A stretch of DNA of 64,000 nucleotides, taken from NCBI GenBank assembly GCA_965205485.1, contig OZ242180.1:3616001-3680000 (forward strand). The letters are read 5' to 3'. A program made the position numbers and the translations under genes. The notes below the pieces were generated by a model, which worked only from the letters and a program-made list of their open reading frames with translations, did no database searches and was not told the origin of the DNA. Shown here piece by piece: positions 39,412-48,577 of this stretch. The DNA is from Candidatus Latescibacterota bacterium. Lineage in GTDB: Bacteria > Latescibacterota > UBA2968 > GCA-2709665. Position 1 is the first letter of the stretch; each line of letters starts with the position of its first letter.

Positions 39412-39735
39412 ATGACAGCGGAAACCCTGAATCAACATATTGAGATCACACCGGGCATTTCAGGCGGCAAACCGCGCATTGCCGGTCGTCGAATTGCCGT
39501 GGAGAATATCGTCATCTGGCACGAGCGCCTGGGCAAGAGCGCTGACGAAATCGCCAGTGATTACGATATTACTCTTGCGGATGTGTACGCAGCACTGGCT
39601 TACTATTTCGATCATCAGAATGAGATTGACCAATCTCTTGAGGAGAGTCGTGCATTTGTAGAATCCTTACGTCAGAAGTTCTCTTCGAAGATTTCCCAGA
39701 AGATTCAAGACCCGACCCAACATGGCAACGATTAA
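39412..39735 (+). CDS. DUF433 family antitoxin (in frame behind a MKLPRD HicA-like stub starting at 39367)
   Basis: HIEITPGISGGKPRIAGRRIAV...EIASDY.ITLADVYAALAYY. Confidence 0.85.
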   Translation: MTAETLNQHIEITPGISGGKPRIAGRRIAVENIVIWHERLGKSADEIASDYDITLADVYAALAYYFDHQNEIDQSLEESRAFVESLRQKFSSKISQKIQDPTQHGND

Positions 39736-40051
39736 GTTTTTGACCGATGAGAATGTTTCCAGAGCAGTTGTAATGGGGCTGCGACGTAGAGGTGTGGACG
39801 TACTGACTGTTGCCGAAGCGGGTAGTCGTGGAGCGTCTGACGAAGTAATTCTCGGAATTGCCGGGGAAACAGAACGCGTCATCTTCACGCAGGATGATGA
39901 CTTTCTTCGTCTTGCAGTAATTGTACATGACCACAGAGGAATTGTCTACACGTCTCAAGAAAATACGGTTGGTGAGATAATTCGTGGCTTGATGTTGATC
40001 CATCAGGTTCTGGAAGCGGAAGAGATGGTTGGGCATGTTGAATACCTGTAG
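39722..40051 (+). CDS. DUF5615 (Mut7-C/PIN-like) toxin
   Basis: FLTDENV...GVDVLTV...SDEVIL...IFTQDDDF...HRGIV. Overlaps the DUF433 gene. Confidence 0.85.
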   Translation: MATIKFLTDENVSRAVVMGLRRRGVDVLTVAEAGSRGASDEVILGIAGETERVIFTQDDDFLRLAVIVHDHRGIVYTSQENTVGEIIRGLMLIHQVLEAEEMVGHVEYL

Positions 40052-40217
40052 AACCCATCGAAATCTTGGCCAATTCAGACCTGTTTGTCGCCCACCGCAC
40101 GATTGCCTTGTACCTTGCGTTGGGCGCTGACGCTTGATTTCGGACGACCAGCGTCGAGCTCAACCACGAAATCAGCTTCACCCGGTTTAGTATAGCCCCC
40201 TCTTTGTAGGTGCCGGA

Positions 40218-41045
40218 ATGCCTTTTCCAGAACCACTCAAGAGAAGGGTCCGTGAACAGGCACTTTTCCACTGCTGTATATGCCAGAAGATATCTGTCAG
40301 TTTGGAAATCCATCATATCATCCCAGAAGCAGCAGGCGGGCCGGATACGGAGGATAACGCGGCACCACTATGCCCCGGCTGTCACGGTGATTTTGGAGGT
40401 AACCCGGAAAAGCGTTCTCGGATTCGAGAGATGCGAGATCGCTGGTACGATATATCCGAGAATTGTGTTATTGGATCCACAAGAAATCCAATGCCAGATT
40501 CTCTTGAAACTGATCGATATTCATTTGCCTGTGACGAGTTTGTCCATCCTCTGATTGTTCGTGAGTTGTTAGGATGGATTTCCGATACATCAGAGACGAT
40601 TGTTGGAGTGGATCTTGAATCGGCCAACACGAGCAATCGGTTCCATGGTGACTTCGAGATAGATGATCGCGATGGCAGAAAGTGGGTGAAGTGGAACGAA
40701 CCTGAGAGTGCCCGGAGAGGGTTTTTCAAATACGCACACATTGCGACTTCGCCAACCGGAGTTGAAATGGTGGAGTGCTACGATTGTGGTGGAGGTAGTG
40801 GCGTATTTGGAAGTGTTGGGCTATTCCTTATTGATCCAGATCGAGCTTTAGACGAATCTTGTTCAGGAAAAATACCCACGCGGGATCGCCAGGTGCTTAA
40901 GGTCCTCGGATCAGTTCGTTTGGGGGATAGATACGTTGGCGAGATTACGTACAATGATAAGATCCTTGCCATTAGTCCAGACGAGGGTAGGATCAGATCT
41001 CTCGGAAGCACTTCAGAGTCGTGCCGCAAGTACCGTATTTTATAG
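40218..41045 (+). CDS. HNH endonuclease with uncharacterised C-terminal domain
   Basis: CCIC...EIHHIIP...GGPDTEDNAAPLCPGCH. Lower GC than the flanks. Confidence 0.8.
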   Translation: MPFPEPLKRRVREQALFHCCICQKISVSLEIHHIIPEAAGGPDTEDNAAPLCPGCHGDFGGNPEKRSRIREMRDRWYDISENCVIGSTRNPMPDSLETDRYSFACDEFVHPLIVRELLGWISDTSETIVGVDLESANTSNRFHGDFEIDDRDGRKWVKWNEPESARRGFFKYAHIATSPTGVEMVECYDCGGGSGVFGSVGLFLIDPDRALDESCSGKIPTRDRQVLKVLGSVRLGDRYVGEITYNDKILAISPDEGRIRSLGSTSESCRKYRIL

Positions 41046-41098
41046 CAGTTCATCCTTTCCTTACATCCAATTCGTCACGATGATAACTCAGGCCCATT

Positions 41099-42532
41099 GT
41101 GCCCAATCCCATTAACCCATATCCTGCCTACAATCCTCCGAGTGTCGAATGGATCGGCGATGTGCCGGCGCATTGGGAAATTAGGCGACTCCGCACCGTC
41201 GCTGAGTTGCGTGTCAGTAACGTGGATAAGCACACTAAGGAGGGTGAAATTCCCATTCGGCTCTGCAATTACGCCGATGTGTACAAGAACGACCGTATCA
41301 CTTCGGCCATGCCATTCATGAATGCAACGGCTTCGCAGGGTGAAATCGAGAAATTCCATCTGAAGAAAGGTGATGTCCTCATTACCAAGGACTCAGAGAC
41401 TTGGGACGATATTGGGGTTCCCGCCCTGGTAACGGAGCCAGCCATGAACCTTATTTCTGGCTACCATTTGGCTTTGCTCCGGCCTTTCAAGGAGGCGATA
41501 GGGCCGTACCTGGCTCTGACGTTGCAGAGTAAGCCGGTTGCGTATCAGTTTCACGTGCGGGCGAATGGCGTAACAAGGTACGGCCTTACTCACGCTGGGA
41601 TCCAGTCCGTTCGTATCCCGCTCCCACCCCTCCTCGAACAAAACGCCATCGTCCGCTTCCTCGACCACGCCGACCGACGTATCCGGCGCTACATCCGTGC
41701 GAAGCAGAAGCAGATTGCGCTGCTGGAGGAGCAAAAGCAGGCTATTATCCACCACGCCGTCACGGGCCAGATCGACGTCCGAACCGGCCAGCCCTACCCG
41801 GCCTATAAGGACTCAGGTGTGGAGTGGCTGGTGGAGGTGCCGGTGCATTGGGCGGTACTTCCTCTGAAGAGGGCTTTTGGCTCTATGGAGTACGGAATCT
41901 CAGATTCGGGATCCGATGACGGCACTATTGGCCTGCTCACAATGGGGAACGTTCGTGACGGAACGGTAACGGTACCAACGTACGGCGGAGTCACCTCTGT
42001 TGATCCGACCCTGCTACTGCAGGACAAGGATCTACTCTTTAACCGCACAAATAGCCCTGATCTGGTAGCCAAAGTCGGTCTGTTTCGTTCCCAAGGGAGA
42101 CCAATAACTTTCGCTTCGTATCTCGTGCGAATGCGAACCGGCCCTGAAAACAGTCCAGAATACCTAAATCTGCTCTTGAACGATGTAGGCTTCGTGTCTG
42201 TCGCACGAAGAGCAGCAATTCCCAGTCTACATCAGTCGAATCTCAATCCAACCCGTTACGGTCGTCTGAAGATTCCACTTCCTCCTCAGTCTGAACAGGA
42301 GGCAATCGTCCAAGGTGTAACCGAGTGGTCGTCGGTCGTTAATTCTGCGATTGTGAAAACGAACCGTGAAATCGATCACTTACGCGAATACCGCACCCGC
42401 CTGATCGCCGATGTCGTCACCGGCAAGCTCGATGTACGCGATGCGGCGGCTGAACTACCTGAAGAAGACCTCTCGGGTGACGCAGAGGAATCGGCTGAAG
42501 AGTATAAAATCAAAACGGACTTGACCGTATGA
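41099..42532 (+). CDS. hsdS: Type I R-M specificity subunit
   Basis: Two TRDs, each preceded by PYPAY...VEW...VP.HW. IPLPPLLEQ / IPLPPQSEQ, LREYRTRLIADVVTGK. Confidence 0.92.
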   Translation: MPNPINPYPAYNPPSVEWIGDVPAHWEIRRLRTVAELRVSNVDKHTKEGEIPIRLCNYADVYKNDRITSAMPFMNATASQGEIEKFHLKKGDVLITKDSETWDDIGVPALVTEPAMNLISGYHLALLRPFKEAIGPYLALTLQSKPVAYQFHVRANGVTRYGLTHAGIQSVRIPLPPLLEQNAIVRFLDHADRRIRRYIRAKQKQIALLEEQKQAIIHHAVTGQIDVRTGQPYPAYKDSGVEWLVEVPVHWAVLPLKRAFGSMEYGISDSGSDDGTIGLLTMGNVRDGTVTVPTYGGVTSVDPTLLLQDKDLLFNRTNSPDLVAKVGLFRSQGRPITFASYLVRMRTGPENSPEYLNLLLNDVGFVSVARRAAIPSLHQSNLNPTRYGRLKIPLPPQSEQEAIVQGVTEWSSVVNSAIVKTNREIDHLREYRTRLIADVVTGKLDVRDAAAELPEEDLSGDAEESAEEYKIKTDLTV

Positions 42533-42669
42533 AGGTCCTGAGCACCTGCCCGGCCGCTCAATTGATCGGGGAGGCCGTTCAAGAGCGTGCAATTGCACCT
42601 GGTGACCCAACAGCAACTCCAAGACTGATGCGTTATGTGCCTTGGTGGGCGACGGAGTGATCCGATACT

Positions 42670-42780
42670 GGTACTTGATGACGATGTTGTTCAGGCAACC
42701 GAATCGAGCATGAAATACCCATATATGATAATTATTATCAATAAATTATGTTGATCAAGTCGTACTTGACGGGTACTTGA
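42670..42780. promoter_or_regulatory. AT-rich element: TGATAAT-T-ATTATCA palindrome, IHF-consensus site and GTACTTGA direct repeats
   Basis: Palindrome at 42726-42740, TATCAA-TAAA-TTA at 42736-42748, GTACTTGA at 42671, 42762 and 42773. Confidence 0.5.
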
Positions 42781-42989
42781 TAACTGTGGCCGCCGACACA
42801 ACCGGAATTGGACTTGAGTCGAAACAATTCGGTACACATTCCGCAGGAACCACCCGCGTTAACGCCCAATTGAAAGTCCACCGTTGAAAACTTCAACAAG
42901 ACTCATTTTAGTCCCTCGCCGCCACAAGTGTTGCCCATCGCCCGGCAAATGTTTATATTGTGTAACACAGAAACTGTGAGGATGTGACT

Positions 42990-43181
42990 ATGAGAAATAT
43001 TACCGTTTCCGTCGACGAAGAGACCCATCGGCTCGCCCGTATCCGTGCGGCAGAGTTGGACACGTCGGTATCGGCACTCGTGCGAGACTTCCTGAAGAAC
43101 CTGGCTGCCGACCGCGTCGGCGGAACAGCGGCCGCAAGGCAGGACGTTGAGTCCGCAGCCGAACGTCGTCGCGGGATGTAG
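42990..43181 (+). pseudogene. Truncated orphan RHH antitoxin, paralog of 44099-44461
   Basis: MRNITVSVDEETHRLARIRAAELDTSVS shared with the second copy. It stops early and has no PIN partner. Confidence 0.6.
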
Positions 43182-43323
43182 CACGCGGTGATTGAGAAAA
43201 TCACTACCAATGGCGGCCGATTCAGTTGTGGTGAACCACAACACGTTTACGGTTTGATCGCAGACACCTGACGGACGTTGAAGGACCTGCAGAAGAGCGC
43301 ACAGTTGCAGCGGAGGTGAGAAT

Positions 43324-43566
43324 ATGATTGACTGGTCGAAATGCCCGGTCGTGGAGAGCGTGCCTGGGAAGGTGAGCGGGGCCTGGGTGTTCAAAGGAAC
43401 CCGGCTGCCGCTGTACGTCCTCTTTGAGAACCTTGCGGCGGGCGCGACCATCCACGACTTCATCGAGTGGTTCGGAGGTGTGGATGAATCGGAGGTGAAG
43501 GCAGTGCTGGAGCATGTGGCACAGGAGCTCCGTACAAGGGTGGTTCATGCGCATCCTGTTCGATAA
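43324..43566 (+). CDS. DUF433 family antitoxin
   Basis: IDWSKCPVVESVPGKVSGAWVFKGTRLP...FENLAAGATIHDFIEWF. Confidence 0.85.
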   Translation: MIDWSKCPVVESVPGKVSGAWVFKGTRLPLYVLFENLAAGATIHDFIEWFGGVDESEVKAVLEHVAQELRTRVVHAHPVR

Positions 43567-43882
43567 CGGGACACCCAGGCAGTTGCGCGTCCGGCTCTTT
43601 GGCCATGTCGTCGAAGAGGCCAGGGAACGCGGATGGGACGGTTTGGCCAACGGAGACTTGCTGGACCGTGCTGAAGAATTCGGCTTCGATGTCTTGATCA
43701 CGACCGACCAAAGCATCCAATATCAGCAGAACATGCCAGACAGACAGGTGGCCGTGGTTGTCTTGATGCAAACCGCTTGGCCGCGCATCTCGCAGAGAAC
43801 GGAAGCCATCCGCGTTGCATTGGACGAAATCCAGCCCGGCGAAGTCCGGGAAGTCCACATCCCGGCGATAGGCGAAACATAG
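43547..43882 (+). CDS. DUF5615-like PIN toxin
   Basis: MRILFDNGTP...NGDLLDRAE..FDVLITTDQSIQYQQN. Confidence 0.8.
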   Translation: MRILFDNGTPRQLRVRLFGHVVEEARERGWDGLANGDLLDRAEEFGFDVLITTDQSIQYQQNMPDRQVAVVVLMQTAWPRISQRTEAIRVALDEIQPGEVREVHIPAIGET

Positions 43883-44066
43883 CGCGGATCAACGACGCCA
43901 GCAAGAAAGGGCTGGAGCGTCCTGTATGAACGACCCTGGTCGGCCATCGCTGCAATCGCCTCCGGGGTCCGATTGTAGGGGACAGGTTTCGCAGGCGCCT
44001 TTACCAGGTCAACGATGGTAACCCGTCCTGCCGCAGGTCTTGTCCGTGGGCCGGTTGATGACCATA

Positions 44067-44087
44067 CTGTGTTACACAGAAACTGTG
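44067..44087 (+). promoter_or_regulatory. Probable RHH operator CTGTG-TTA-CACAG-AAA-CTGTG
   Basis: Alternating inverted 5-mers just upstream of the RHH ATG. Conserved upstream of the other copy (about 42958-42978). Confidence 0.55.
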
Positions 44088-44098
44088 AGGTTGTGACT

Positions 44099-44461
44099 AT
44101 GAGAAATATCACCGTATCCGTCGACGAAGAGACACATCGGCTCGCGCGCATCCGTGCGGCAGAATTGGACACGTCGGTATCGTCCCTCGTGCGAGACTTT
44201 CTGAAGAGTCTGGCAGAGAACCCGGACACGGATGGCGAATCCGGTTCCGGGTCTGTCGAAACCATCTATCAGCGTCGGTGCAGGCTGCTGCGGGAAGTGC
44301 TCGCGGACTTCGATAGACAGGGCATCGGGTTGCGGATGTCCGACAACCTTCCCAGGGAGGCGTTGTACGATCGCAACGCGGCAAGGGCCGAAGCTGTCGC
44401 CGAGCGGGAGCGGCAGCGCAGTATCTCCGAAGCACTCGGATCCTCACCATGCGATTCGTAG
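44099..44461 (+). CDS. Ribbon-helix-helix antitoxin (VapB-like)
   Basis: MRNITVSVDEE...VSSLVRDFL RHH pattern, LPREALYDR tail. Overlaps the PIN gene. Confidence 0.75.
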   Translation: MRNITVSVDEETHRLARIRAAELDTSVSSLVRDFLKSLAENPDTDGESGSGSVETIYQRRCRLLREVLADFDRQGIGLRMSDNLPREALYDRNAARAEAVAERERQRSISEALGSSPCDS

Positions 44462-44874
44462 ATACCAACATTCTGCTGTATGCTGTCAGCGAGATCCCGG
44501 AGGAGGCCGACAAGCGGGCGCGGGCGGCGGAAGTCCTGACGGAACCCGACCTCGCTGCGTCCGTTCAGGTGCTGCAGGAGTTCTACCACCAGGCCACCCG
44601 GCCGACTCGAATCGGCAGTCTTTCTGGCAATAAAGCATTGCAATTCCTGGAGCCGATTCTGCTTTTTCGGATTCAGACCATGTCGACGGACGTATTTCTC
44701 AATGCCATTGCCATTAGCCGACGATTTCGCCTTTCCTACTGGGATGGCGCAATTCTCGCCGCAGCCCGTGCCTTGGGCTGCGATGCCGTGTACTCCGAGG
44801 ATTTGAGCACAGAACAGGACTACGACGGCCTCCGGGTCATCAATCCGTTCACGCACCAACAGGCTCCGCAGTGA
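44449..44874 (+). CDS. VapC-family PIN toxin
   Basis: FVDTNILLYA, SVQVLQEF, LSYWDGAILAAA, YSEDL, INPF. Confidence 0.9.
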   Translation: MRFVDTNILLYAVSEIPEEADKRARAAEVLTEPDLAASVQVLQEFYHQATRPTRIGSLSGNKALQFLEPILLFRIQTMSTDVFLNAIAISRRFRLSYWDGAILAAARALGCDAVYSEDLSTEQDYDGLRVINPFTHQQAPQ

Positions 44875-47872
44875 ACACAGACACCACCGAGAGCGGGCTT
44901 GAACGCCTGATTTGCGCCGCCCTGACAGGCCAGGGTTGCGAGCCGCCTGTTTCAGGCACCGTGGGAGAACCGCCCGCCGGTTACGGCGGTGTCGGCTGGA
45001 GCTGCGGCAATCACCACGACTATGACCGTGAGTTCTGCGTCGATCTGGCGCAGCTGTCGGCATTCCTGCACGCCACCCAGCCGGAGGCCGCCGAGGCGTT
45101 GCCGCTTTCTGAAGACGGTCCCGTGCGGCGCGCATTCCTGACCCGTCTCCAGGGCGAAATCAGCAAGCGCGGCACCATCGACGTGCTGCGCAACGGGATC
45201 AAGCACGGAGCGTTGAATCTGGACCTGTTCTACGGCACGCCGTCGGCCGGCAATCCGCAGGCACAGGAATTGTTCGAACTGAACCGGTTTACCGTTACGC
45301 GACAGCTTCGCTACAGCCGGGACGATGCGCAGCGGGCGCTGGACATCGGGCTGTTCATCAACGGGCTGCCGGTGTTCACGTTCGAGTTGAAGAACAGTCT
45401 CACCAAACAGACGGTGGACGATGCGGTCTGGCAGTACAAAAAGGACCGCAACCCGCGTGAAAAGCTGTTCGAGTTCGGGCGGTGCATCGCGCACTTCGCG
45501 TTGGACGAACGCGAGGTGCGTTTTTGTACGCACCTGAAGGGGAAGGCGTCCTGGTTCCTTCCCTTCAACCGCGGCTGGAACGACGGGGCGGGCAACCCGC
45601 CCAATCCGGACGGTCTTTCAATCGCCTATCTCTGGCGCGAAGTCCTCACCCGGGAGAGTCTCACCAACATCCTCGAGAATTACGCGCAGGTGGTGGCGTC
45701 GAAGGACGAAAAGAGCGGAAGGCAGCGAAAGACTCAGATCTGGCCGCGCTACCATCAACTCGACGTGGTGCGCCGCCTGCTGGCCGACGCGGGCGACCGC
45801 GGCGCCGGTCAGCGCTACCTGATCCAGCACTCCGCCGGCAGCGGCAAGAGCAACTCCATCGCCTGGCTCGCGCACCAGTTGATCGGACTGGAGAAGGACG
45901 ACGCTCCGGTCTTCGACTCGATCATCGTCGTCACCGACAGGGTCATCCTGGACCGTCAGATCCGCGACACGATCAAGCAATACGCCCAGGTGGCGGCAAC
46001 GGTCGGACACGCCGACCGCTCGGGCGATCTTCGTGAGTTCATCGAAAGCGGGAAGAAGATCATCATTTCCACGGTCCAGAAGTTTCCGTTCATTCTGGAC
46101 GAGATCGGCAATGAACAGCAGGGGAAGCGCTTCGCCATCATCATCGACGAAGCCCACTCGAGCCAGGGGGGTCGTACCAGCGCGGCGATGGCTCAGGCGC
46201 TGTCGGAGGCAGGCGAAGAGGACGATCAGGATACCTTCGAGGACCGGATCAACCGCCTGATGGAGTCGCGCAAGCTCCTGCCCAACGCCAGCTACTTCGC
46301 GTTTACCGCCACGCCGAAGAACAAGACGCTCGAGATCTTCGGCGCTCCGGAACCGCAGCCGGACGGTTCGGTGAGGCATCGCGCCTTCCACAGCTACACC
46401 ATGAAGCAGGCGATCCAGGAAGGATTCATCCTGGACGTACTGTCGCACTATACGCCTGTGGCGAGCTACTACAAGCTTGCCAAGACGGTTGAAGACGACC
46501 CCGAGTTCGACGCTCGAAAGGCGCAGAAGAAGCTGCGCCGCTTCGTGGAGGGCAGCGATCACGCGATCCGCCTGAAGGCCGAGATCATGGTCGACCACTT
46601 CCACGACCAGGTGCTGAAGCAGGGCAAGATCGGCGGCGCGGCGCGGGCGATGGTGGTCACGAACGGCATCGAGCGCGCGATTCAGTACTATCACGCCATC
46701 CGCGACTATCTCAAGGAGCGCAAGAGCCAATTTGAGGCGCTGGTCGCGTTCTCCGGCGAACACGACTTCGGCGGCGGCAGGGTAAGCGAGGCGTCGCTGA
46801 ACGGCCTGCCTTCGGCCCAGATCGCCAGGCGATTTCAGGAGGATCCGTACCGGTTCCTGGTGTGCGCGGACAAATTTCAGACCGGCTACGATGAGCCCCT
46901 GCTGCACACCATGTACGTAGACAAGACGCTGTCCGGCATCAAGGCCGTGCAGACGCTGTCTCGCCTCAACCGGGCCCACCCGAAGAAGCACGACGTGTTC
47001 GTTTTCGACTTTCTCAACGACACCGATACGATTCAAGACGCGTTTTCTGACTTCTACCGGACGACGATTCTGGCCGATGAGACCGACCCGAACAAGCTGC
47101 ACGACCTGCAGGCGAACTGGACGGACCCCAGGTCTATTCTGAAACGCAGGTCGACGAGTTTGTGCGGCTCTATCTGGAAGGGGTGGAACGCGACCGGCTG
47201 GATCCTATTCTGGACGCTTGTGTCGCGGTCTATCGACACGACCTTGACGAAGACGGCCAGGTTGCATTCAAGGGCAACGCCAAAGCATTCGTGCGTACGT
47301 ACGCCTTTCTTTCGTCCGTGCTTCCGTATAACGTTGCCGAATGGGAAAAACGTTCGATTTTCCTGAACTTCCTGGTGCCGAAGTTGCCGGCGCCCGAGGA
47401 AGAGGACCTCTCCAAGGGAATCCTGGACGCGATCGATCTGGACAGTTATCGGGTGGAGAAGCGGGCGATGCAACGGATCCTGTTGGAGGACGAAGATGCC
47501 GAGATCGATCCGGTACCGGGTTCAGGGGGAGGGCATCAACCGGAGCTGGAATTGGATCGACTTTCCAACATCATTCGGGAATTCAACGATAACTATGGGC
47601 ATATTAAATGGGCAGATGAAGACCGTGTACAGCAACTCATCGTCGAGACAATTCCCGCCCGCGTCGCCGCTGACACCGCGTTCCAAAACGCCCGGGTAAA
47701 CTCCGACCGGCAGAATGCACGGATCGAACACGACAAGGCGCTGCTGCGCGTGATGACCGCCATGATGAAGGACGACACCCAGCTATTCAAGAATTTCATG
47801 GACAATCCTGGCTTTAAGCGCTGGATGACTAACAAGGTGTTCGGACTTGCGTACAATCCGGTAGAGAGGTAA
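44871..47872 (+). pseudogene. hsdR: Type I restriction endonuclease HsdR with a 1-nt frameshift near 47115 (real or sequencing error)
   Basis: DIGLFINGLP..FELKN, QHSAGSGKS, DEAH, FTATP, QTLSRLNR. At GCG-AA-CTG-GAC the homologous reading (LDGPQVYSETQVDEF) moves to the frame of ORF 47162-47872. Confidence 0.85.
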
Positions 47873-47996
47873 CGTAGGTCACGCTGTGTGTCCGTTTAAT
47901 GGCTTGATTCGGACAGAAGATACCGGAGACAATCTCGCACACACAGTCCACAGGCAATGTAATTCGGATTCGAACCGACTGCCGTGTAAATACTGC

Positions 47997-48200
47997 ATGA
48001 AGATTCGGGAACTATTGAGAGAATTGCGCAAGGACGGATGGTACGAGGTGCGCCGCCGCGGGAGCCACCGGGTGTTGCGACATTCGACAAAGCGTGGCAT
48101 CGTCGTGGTTGCTGGGAACCCCAACGCGGATATCAAGGCCGGTACGCTGAGCCAGGTACTCAAACAGGCCGGATTGAAAGAGAACGACATGGAGGATTAA
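47997..48200 (+). CDS. hicA: HicA family toxin
   Basis: MKIRELLRELRKDGWYEVRRRGSHRVLRH...GTLSQVLKQAGL. Confidence 0.88.
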   Translation: MKIRELLRELRKDGWYEVRRRGSHRVLRHSTKRGIVVVAGNPNADIKAGTLSQVLKQAGLKENDMED

Positions 48201-48201
48201 G

Positions 48202-48423
48202 ATGGCACAGACTGAGTATCTTGTCATTGTAGAGAATTACGGCCACGGGTCGTACGGGGCGTATGTACCGGAACTTCCGGGGATTGGCGTTGCGGGTGAG
48301 ACGGAGGAGCAAGTGCGCGACCTGGTTGCCGAAGCTATCAGGTTGTATCTAGACGAACTTGAGCGGGATGGTGAGTCGAAGTCGACTTCGGTAGTGGTGA
48401 ACCACTACACCGTTACGGTCTAA
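48202..48423 (+). CDS. hicB: HicB family antitoxin
   Basis: YLVIVE...YGAYVPELPGIGVAGETEEQV..LVAEAIRLYL. Confidence 0.88.
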   Translation: MAQTEYLVIVENYGHGSYGAYVPELPGIGVAGETEEQVRDLVAEAIRLYLDELERDGESKSTSVVVNHYTVTV

Positions 48424-48437
48424 CCCTCGGTGCCCGA

Positions 48438-48476
48438 CGGCTTTCAACCCCGCGATGCCGGAGTGCTTGAAAGCCG
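48438..48476. terminator. Inverted repeat after hicB
   Basis: CGGCTTTCAA...TTGAAAGCCG. Confidence 0.4.
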
Positions 48477-48577
48477 GTTGATTCGACATCACACCGCTCT
48501 GGATGTTATCTTAAGTAGTACGGTAGGGAGAGATAGATGAAAATCGTATATGTAATCAGATCGCTCACGGGACTGCG

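Noticed and set aside
48418..48490. Possible integron attC site after hicB (GTCTAAC followed by an inverted repeat)
   Set aside because: No matching GTTRRRY end, no similar sites after the other cassettes, and no integron integrase in the window.
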